Assembly (NCBI GenBank): GCA_903835255.1
Contig: CAILMI010000056.1
Coordinates: 1,298-65,297, forward strand
Length of the DNA: 64,000 nt
Origin: an uncultured Verrucomicrobia subdivision 3 bacterium
GTDB taxonomy: Bacteria; Verrucomicrobiota; Verrucomicrobiia; Limisphaerales; UBA11358
Direction: 5' to 3'
The first letter of the stretch is position 1. Each line of letters begins with the position of its first letter. The position numbers and the translations under genes were made by a program. Positions 57,971 to 64,000 of the stretch are shown here, in pieces. A model generated the notes under the pieces. It worked only from the letters and a program-made list of their open reading frames with translations, did no database searches and had not been told where the DNA came from.

Positions 57971-60900
57971 ATGTCCGTTGAACTCACAGAAGCACTCCTC
58001 GTCAAAGCCGCTGGCTGGGACGTGGTGAAGCGCGCCCGCGCCTTCATCGAACAAGGCCATGTGATCAGCTCCTATTGGGCACCGCCGCTGCTGCGCGGCG
58101 TGGTACAGTCCGACGGCGTTTCCATTCGCGCGTCCCTCGTCATCCAGGGCGAGATCGACATCGAAAACCTGTGCACCTGCCGCGAGGCCCGGCAGTGGGG
58201 TAAAATCTGCGCCCACGTCGTCGCAGTCGGACTGCACTGGCTCAACGCCCAAAAGCCGGCAGCGGCTCCCCCCCCCGCTGACGCTCCCAAAAAAAACACG
58301 ACGGCAAATCCTCCGTCGCTGCAGCGTTCAGCGGACGGCGAGCCGGCTGAGCTGTTCCTCCTACTCCCGCCGAACTTCGACCAGTCCATCGCCCGGGGTA
58401 AAGTCATGCTGGTGTTTGAAGCCCGCTGGGGCGGCGGCCGCTGCCCGCTCGCGGCTCTGCCCAAAGGCCGCGCCTACGCCTTCTCCCCGCAGGATACCGC
58501 CATCCTCGACCAGATTGAAGTCCTGACGAAGGGCGAGACCCCTGCCCTGCTGCAAATGGAGGTGAAGGATTTTGCCGCGCTGCTGCCGGCATTGGCGGGA
58601 CACCCAAACCTCACGCTCGGCAAATCCAGCGAGGTCACAGTCATCCTGACGCCGCTCCTTCTGCCGCTGCGCGCCACGCTGGAACCGAATGGGGAAATAG
58701 TGCTTTCCTTGAAAGCGAACCCGGCTGCGCGGGTGAGGGTGGGCGACTGGGTGTGGCAAAATCCAACCTTGCAACCCCTGGGTTTACCGCCGACCGCACG
58801 AGAGGTGTTCCGCGCGCCAGCGCGCGTGCCGCGCTCGCATGTGCCGCAGTTCCTCATGCAAGAATGGCCACAGCTGGCGGAAGCCGGCATCGAGGCGGAT
58901 TTTAAGCTGGAGGATTTCACCCTGGAACCCCGGGCCCCGCGTTTCCTGCTGGCGCTCCAGGGGGGGCTCTCGCAACTCAGCGCCCTGCTGCAATGCGCCT
59001 ACGGTCCCCGTATCCTGACCCCGGGCGTGACCGCGCCGGATGAGAGCGTCTGGCTGGCCGACCCCGAAGCGCCCACGCGCTATTCCACACGGGACGGGGC
59101 CGCCGAGCGTGCCGCGCTAAGCCGGCTGCAGGTCTGCGGATTCATCGGACCGGACGCCCAGGGAAAACTGCAGCTGCGCGGCGAAAATTCCGTTCTGAAC
59201 TTTCTGGCCCGGGAATTCCCCAAGCTTCAACGGGAGTGGGAGGTCACCCTGGCCGAGCAGCTTGAAAACCGAACGCTCAAGAACCTCGACCGCATCGAGC
59301 CGCAGTTTCAAATCACCTCTTCGGGCGTGCAATGGTTCGACCTCAGCGTGGTGTTCACCGCCGCCGGCGGCCAGACCTTTTCGGCGGCGGAGATCCATCG
59401 GCTGATCCAGTCGGGACAGAATCATCTCCGCCTCAAGAACGGGAAAATCGCCGTGATCGACACCGGCGCCGTGGAGGAATTGCAGGAGGTGCTGCTCGAT
59501 TGCGCGCCGCAGCAGCATGCGCAGGGCTACCGCATCCCCAGCCAGCAGGCGGGCTTTCTGGAGGCGACCCTGCGGCAGCATGCGGACTGGAAGGTTCAGG
59601 CGCCCTCGGCATGGCGCGAGCGCGCCGCCCGTCAGAGCGGCGAGACCCGGCTGGACTGCCCGCCGCTCGGCGACCTGGAAACGGTGCTGCGACCCTACCA
59701 GAAGCAGGGCGTGGCGTGGCTGCAGTTCCTGCGCGAGAACGGCTTTGGCGGCATTCTCGCCGATGAAATGGGGCTGGGCAAAACCCTCCAGACCCTGGCC
59801 TTCCTCCGGCAATGCACCCAACGCCCTGGGCAAAAACCGAAATTAAAAGGGGACGTTGATCCAAGACCAACGCCCTCCCCCGGTCCCCGGCCGCATCTGA
59901 TCGTTTGCCCGACCAGCCTGGTGTTCAACTGGGTGGCTGAGGCGAAAAAATTCACGCCCGATCTGAGGGTCTTAGCGCTGCACGGACCGGACCGGCTCGC
60001 GCGCTTCGGCCAGATTGCCGACAGCGACATCGTGGTGACCAGTTATGCACTGATCCGGCGGGATGCGGAGCGCTATCACGGCTTGGAGTTCGACACCGTC
60101 GTACTCGACGAGGCCCAGCATATCAAAAACCGGCAGACTCGGAATGCGCAAGCGGTGAAGGCCGTCCGGTCGCGGCACCGGCTGGTGCTCACGGGCACCC
60201 CGCTCGAGAATTCAGTGCTCGATCTCTGGTCGATCTTCGACTTCCTCATGCCGGGCTACTTGGGCACGGCGCAGGATTTCCGCGAGCGTTATGAAGGTCC
60301 CATCGCGAAGGAAAAAAATACGCAAGCCCAGTCCCGGCTGGCCCGGCGACTCCGCCCCTTTTTGCTGCGACGCCTCAAACGGGAGGTGGCGGCGGACCTC
60401 CCCGCAAAGCTGGAACAGGTCTCCTTCTGCGAACTCACACCTGACCAGCGCACCGTCTATCAGCAGGTCATCGAGGCCAGCCGCCAGGAGGTGCTGGCCG
60501 CCGTCGGCGCCCAAGGCATCGCCAAAAGCCGTATGGTGGTGCTGACCGCGCTGCTGCGGCTCCGTCAGATCTGCTGCGACCTGCGCCTCCTAAAACTGGA
60601 AAACGTCCGCCCGGCGAACGCCTCGGGCAAACTGGAGATGTTCGGCGAACTATTGGAAGAAGTCCTCGACGGCGGCCATCGCCTACTGGTGTTCAGCCAG
60701 TTCGTGGGCATGCTGACGCTCTTGAAAGAAAAGCTCACCGCCGAGGGAATCGCCTTCTGCTATCTGGACGGATCCACTGCCAACCGGGCCGCCGTGGTGG
60801 AAAAATTCCAGGCCGATGCCGCCATTCCGGTGTTCCTCATCAGCCTGAAGGCGGGCGGCACCGGACTGAACCTGACTGGGGCCGACACGGTGATCCATTT

Positions 60901-61129
60901 TGATCCCTGGTGGAACCCCGCCGTGGAAGACCAGGCCACCGATCGCGCCCATCGCATCGGGCAAACCCGTGCGGTCACCAGCTACAAGCTCATCACGCGC
61001 GACACCGTGGAGGAAAAGATCCTGATGCTGCAGAACCGCAAACGCGACGTCATCCGGGCCACCTTGGGCGGCGAGGAGGAATTCACGGCCTCATTGAGTT
61101 GGGAGGAAATCCAGGAACTGCTCGCCTAG
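57971..61129 (+). CDS. SNF2-family helicase with an N-terminal SWIM zinc finger
   Basis: The SWIM finger is CTCREARQWGKICAHVVAV. Helicase motifs are LADEMGLGKT (I), VLDEAQHIKN (II), LTGTPLEN (III) and QATDRAHRIGQ (VI). Confidence 0.85.
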   Translation: MSVELTEALLVKAAGWDVVKRARAFIEQGHVISSYWAPPLLRGVVQSDGVSIRASLVIQGEIDIENLCTCREARQWGKICAHVVAVGLHWLNAQKPAAAPPPADAPKKNTTANPPSLQRSADGEPAELFLLLPPNFDQSIARGKVMLVFEARWGGGRCPLAALPKGRAYAFSPQDTAILDQIEVLTKGETPALLQMEVKDFAALLPALAGHPNLTLGKSSEVTVILTPLLLPLRATLEPNGEIVLSLKANPAARVRVGDWVWQNPTLQPLGLPPTAREVFRAPARVPRSHVPQFLMQEWPQLAEAGIEADFKLEDFTLEPRAPRFLLALQGGLSQLSALLQCAYGPRILTPGVTAPDESVWLADPEAPTRYSTRDGAAERAALSRLQVCGFIGPDAQGKLQLRGENSVLNFLAREFPKLQREWEVTLAEQLENRTLKNLDRIEPQFQITSSGVQWFDLSVVFTAAGGQTFSAAEIHRLIQSGQNHLRLKNGKIAVIDTGAVEELQEVLLDCAPQQHAQGYRIPSQQAGFLEATLRQHADWKVQAPSAWRERAARQSGETRLDCPPLGDLETVLRPYQKQGVAWLQFLRENGFGGILADEMGLGKTLQTLAFLRQCTQRPGQKPKLKGDVDPRPTPSPGPRPHLIVCPTSLVFNWVAEAKKFTPDLRVLALHGPDRLARFGQIADSDIVVTSYALIRRDAERYHGLEFDTVVLDEAQHIKNRQTRNAQAVKAVRSRHRLVLTGTPLENSVLDLWSIFDFLMPGYLGTAQDFRERYEGPIAKEKNTQAQSRLARRLRPFLLRRLKREVAADLPAKLEQVSFCELTPDQRTVYQQVIEASRQEVLAAVGAQGIAKSRMVVLTALLRLRQICCDLRLLKLENVRPANASGKLEMFGELLEEVLDGGHRLLVFSQFVGMLTLLKEKLTAEGIAFCYLDGSTANRAAVVEKFQADAAIPVFLISLKAGGTGLNLTGADTVIHFDPWWNPAVEDQATDRAHRIGQTRAVTSYKLITRDTVEEKILMLQNRKRDVIRATLGGEEEFTASLSWEEIQELLA

Positions 61130-61186
61130 CACCTCAGGGTCTCAACCCCGAACATGCCTCCACCTCACGGACCGCCGCGCCGCCGG

Positions 61187-62899
61187 TCACAGCTTCAAAT
61201 CGGCGTCGGTCACCGCCCCCAGCGAGGCACTGGTGACATGGGCGGCGTACTTGGCCAGCACCCCGCGCGTGTAGCGGGGAGCCGGCTTGCGCCACGCCCG
61301 GCGCCGCGCCGCCAGCACCTTCGCCGGAAGGGCCAGCGTCAGCTCCCGCCGCTCGGCGTCAATCGTGATAAGGTCGCCGTTTTTCACCAGCGCAATCGTC
61401 CCGCCCGCGTAAGCTTCCGGCGTGATATGCCCGACCACGAATCCATGGCTGCCGCCGGAGAACCGCCCGTCTGTGATCAGCGCCACGTCCTTGCCCAGCC
61501 CCTTGCCCATGATGGCCGAGGTGGGCGAGAGCATCTCCCTCATTCCAGGCCCGCCCTTGGGCCCTTCGTAGCGGATTACGATCACGTGCCCTTTCTTGAC
61601 CGTGCCGTTGAGAATCGCCTTCATCGCCTTCTCCTCGGATTCGAAAACAATGGCCTTGCCGCTGAAGCGCAATCCTTCCTTGCCGGAAATCTTGGCCACC
61701 GCGCCGTCCACCGCCAGGTTGCCGCGCATCACCACCAGATGACTGTCCTTTTTAATCGGCTCATCGAAGCCGCGCACGATGGTCTGCCACGCCGGATACG
61801 GTTTCACGGACGCCAGCGTCTCCGCCAGGGTTTCGCCGGTGACGGTCAGGGCATCGCCGTGGAGCAGTTTTTTCGCGAGCAACATCTTCATGAGCGGCCG
61901 GATGCCGCCGATGGCGATGAGCTCGGACATAAGATGCTTGCCGCTGGGCTTCAAGTCGGCGAGCACCGGCACCCGCTTGCCGATGCGGGTGAAATCGTCC
62001 AGGCTGAGCTTCACCTCGGCCGCGTGCGCGATCGCGAGCAGATGCAGCACGGCATTGGTGGAACCGCCCAGCGCAATGACCACGGTGATGGCGTTCTCAA
62101 AGGCTTTCTTGGTGAGGATGTCGCGCGGGCGGAGGCCCAGGCGCAGCATCTGCACCACGGCGGCGCCTGCCCGGCGGCAGTCCTCCTTTTTCGCGGGCGA
62201 CACGGCATTCTGCGCCGAACTGTTTGGGAGGCTCATGCCGAGCGCCTCGATGGCGCTGGCCATGGTGTTGGCGGTGTACATGCCGCCGCAGGAACCGGGC
62301 CCGGGAATGGCGCAATGCTCGACGGCCTCGAATTCCTTATCGGATATTTTATGGTTGGCGTGCGCGCCGATGGCTTCAAACACTGAAACCACATCCAGCT
62401 TGCGCGAATCCCCAGTAATGCAGCCGGGCAGGATCGTGCCCCCGTAGACAAACACCGAAGGCCGGTTCATGCGCGCCATGGCGATGAGCGCGCCGGGCAT
62501 GTTTTTATCGCAGCCGCCGATCGCCACATAGCCATCCATGCCCGCACACCCCACCACGGTCTCAATCGAATCGGCGATGACCTCGCGGGAGACGAGCGAA
62601 TACTTCATGCCCTCCGTGCCCATCGAGATGCCGTCCGAAATGGTGATGGTGTTGAACACGATCGCCTTGCCGCCCCCGGCATTCACGCCCTTTTCGGATT
62701 CGAGCGCGAGCTGGTCGATGTGCATGTTGCAGGGCGTCACATCGCTCCAGGTGGAGGCGACGCCGATGAGCGGCTTGCGGAAGTCCTCCGCCTTGAAGCC
62801 GACGGGATACAACATAGCGCGCGCGGCGGCGCGTTCGTCCCCGTCGAAGAGGACACTGGAAAAGGGGCGCAGGGCATCAGCCGACTTGTTTTTTTTCAT
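61187..62899 (-). CDS. ilvD: Dihydroxy-acid dehydratase
   Basis: PLIGVASTWSDVTPCNMH, GGCDKNMPG, CGGMYTANTM and LITDGRFSGGSHG. The start was chosen at MKKNKSAD (62899). Confidence 0.9.
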   Translation of the reverse strand: MKKNKSADALRPFSSVLFDGDERAAARAMLYPVGFKAEDFRKPLIGVASTWSDVTPCNMHIDQLALESEKGVNAGGGKAIVFNTITISDGISMGTEGMKYSLVSREVIADSIETVVGCAGMDGYVAIGGCDKNMPGALIAMARMNRPSVFVYGGTILPGCITGDSRKLDVVSVFEAIGAHANHKISDKEFEAVEHCAIPGPGSCGGMYTANTMASAIEALGMSLPNSSAQNAVSPAKKEDCRRAGAAVVQMLRLGLRPRDILTKKAFENAITVVIALGGSTNAVLHLLAIAHAAEVKLSLDDFTRIGKRVPVLADLKPSGKHLMSELIAIGGIRPLMKMLLAKKLLHGDALTVTGETLAETLASVKPYPAWQTIVRGFDEPIKKDSHLVVMRGNLAVDGAVAKISGKEGLRFSGKAIVFESEEKAMKAILNGTVKKGHVIVIRYEGPKGGPGMREMLSPTSAIMGKGLGKDVALITDGRFSGGSHGFVVGHITPEAYAGGTIALVKNGDLITIDAERRELTLALPAKVLAARRRAWRKPAPRYTRGVLAKYAAHVTSASLGAVTDADLKL

Positions 62900-63082
62900 G
62901 GCGGAAAAGGATGACGGAAAAGCGGTCCGCCGGCAAGTCGCGGAAGCAGCCAATCAATGCAGTTGGAAGCGGACGGCCCGGAACGGGAACATCGGGCGGG
63001 AGCAGCGCCGTGGCTGGATGGAAGTTTTTGCCGAGTTTTGGATTGAAAAGCTCGGCCCGGTCGTTCACAGTGCGCGGGTGGT

Positions 63083-63170
63083 GGAGAGATGGCTGAGTGG
63101 TTTAAGGCACACGCCTGGAAAGCGTGCGTAGGTAACACTACCGTGAGTTCAAATCTCACTCTCTCCGCCA
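63083..63170 (+). tRNA. tRNA-Ser (anticodon GGA), CCA encoded
   Basis: My manual fold is as follows: acceptor GGAGAGA/TCTCTCC; D-arm GCT-GAGTGGTTTAA-GGC; anticodon stem CACGC/GCGTG with loop CU-GGA-AA; a long variable arm; T-arm GTGAG-TTCAAAT-CTCAC; discriminator G plus CCA. Confidence 0.9.
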
Positions 63171-63304
63171 ATTTTCTTTGATTTTAAGAAGTTTTGACGA
63201 ATACCTATCCGCCTTCCATCACGTGAGCGACCTCCACTTTCCGGATCGCATCGGGTATCAGTCCAAACTTTGGCCCAGACCAACACATCACCCCGTCCGA
63301 AAAA

Positions 63305-63338
63305 AGCGGAGCCACGCCTGCATTCCGCTCTTTTTTTT
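63305..63338. terminator. Bidirectional terminator-like hairpin flanked by A6 and T8
   Basis: AAAAA-AGCGGA-(13-nt loop)-TCCGCT-C-TTTTTTTT. It lies between tRNA-Ser (+) and the PEP-CTERM gene (-). The stem is short. Confidence 0.45.
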
Positions 63339-63527
63339 CTCCATCTAAGAAGCGAGCTTCGTGAACGGCGGCCTATTTGAATCAAAAGCTGGGACGGAAT
63401 ACTTGGGGCATTCCAAAAGGCTCAAGGGTACAAGGATATAATTGGCGCGGGCCTCTTGGGCGCGCTGTCCAGAAACACGCCGCCCCTCACCGAAAAATGT
63501 AGCGCCTGACACAGACGGGATTTGGGA

Positions 63528-64000
63528 TTAATCCGAAATGTTTCCCCGGGCCCGCCGCCACCGGCGGAATCCCAGCACGCTGGCCAGCCCGATCCCGAAC
63601 ACGGCCAAAGTCAGAACCGTCGGTTCCGGCACCGCCATGATGTCCAAGCTCCATCCCATCAGCGTGCTCGTGGTGCCGCCCGACATATCCGCGAGGTACA
63701 GCGTCCAGATCCCGTTCGGATTCATGCCGCCAAAGCTGCCGTTCAGGGTCGCTGTGCCCGCCGCATCGAAGCTTGCCGGCGCAGACAGCGGGCTGATCTG
63801 CCGTCCGTCCGCCGCATACGATCCGCTCAACGCCCCTCCGCCCGCGCTCGCCCAGTGCACGTCGCTCCCCGTGGAGCCCAGCGTCAGGTTACTGAATCCA
63901 GAGTCTGCCGAGCCAAAAGCGTCGACGCCGTTGATCGTGCCCACGCCCACCCGGTTCAGCAGCGTCATCAAGCTCCCGTTGTAGCTCAGGTACGCATACA
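63528..64000 (-). CDS. PEP-CTERM-anchored secreted protein with a P-domain-like module, 5'-partial (continues past the window end)
   Basis: The C-terminus is VPEPTVLTLAVFGIGLASVLGFRRWRRA (PEP-CTERM plus TM helix plus basic tail). Upstream, NPNGIWTLYLADMSGGTTSTLMGWSLDI resembles a proprotein-convertase P-domain. The frame stays open upstream of the track start (63971) to nt 64000. Confidence 0.75.
   Translation of the reverse strand, partial: YAYLSYNGSLMTLLNRVGVGTINGVDAFGSADSGFSNLTLGSTGSDVHWASAGGGALSGSYAADGRQISPLSAPASFDAAGTATLNGSFGGMNPNGIWTLYLADMSGGTTSTLMGWSLDIMAVPEPTVLTLAVFGIGLASVLGFRRWRRARGNISD

Noticed and set aside
63171-63527. Integrated element or att site at the tRNA-Ser 3' end; also ORF 63149..63385
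   Set aside because: There is no integrase, and no direct repeat of the tRNA 3' end beyond a 7-nt chance match (TTCAAAT). The 78-aa ORF overlaps the tRNA antisense and is R/S/G-rich nonsense.

Overview
This is a high-GC bacterial chromosomal segment. The gene content suggests a PVC-superphylum, Verrucomicrobiota-like organism: a PEP-CTERM protein, prepilin-type proteins, a PVC-type small basic protein, fused SecDF and GH95 fucosidases. That taxonomy is inference only, since no database search was possible. Most of the window is ordinary housekeeping sequence with recognisable, intact genes: phr, folD, glgB, parB, def, rpsT, tsaD, ctpA, ispD, infA, recJ, yajC-secDF, lysC, thrC-hom, thiC with a TPP riboswitch, iscA/erpA, uvrA, ilvD and tRNA-Ser(GGA). 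I found no CRISPR array, integrase, transposase, prophage or recognisable defence system. Many long ORFs in the track are antisense shadows of real genes, which is expected at this GC content, and I rejected them. Seven things are worth a second look. (1) An A/T-richer four-gene operon (4013-7232) encodes two pseudopilins, a large PilX/GspK-like protein and a membrane-anchored protein with six DnaJ-type CxxC zinc-finger repeats. (2) A minimal kinase-like ORF of about 130-150 aa is translationally coupled to a PP2C phosphatase. (3) Two copies of an approximately 205-bp palindromic MITE/REP-like element are present, and one supplies the stop codon of a GH95 gene. (4) A decaying stress locus contains an hsp20 with two frameshifts and a hydrolase remnant. 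(5) A bacterial HTTM (gamma-carboxylase-like) protein is present. (6) An Arn-like GT-C/SDR/aminotransferase operon has an SDR that appears to lack the catalytic Tyr. (7) crcB-DUF190-GAF lies directly behind thiC with no fluoride riboswitch. None of these is demonstrably a new system from sequence alone. The pseudopilin/zinc-finger operon and the mini-kinase/PP2C pair are my best candidates.
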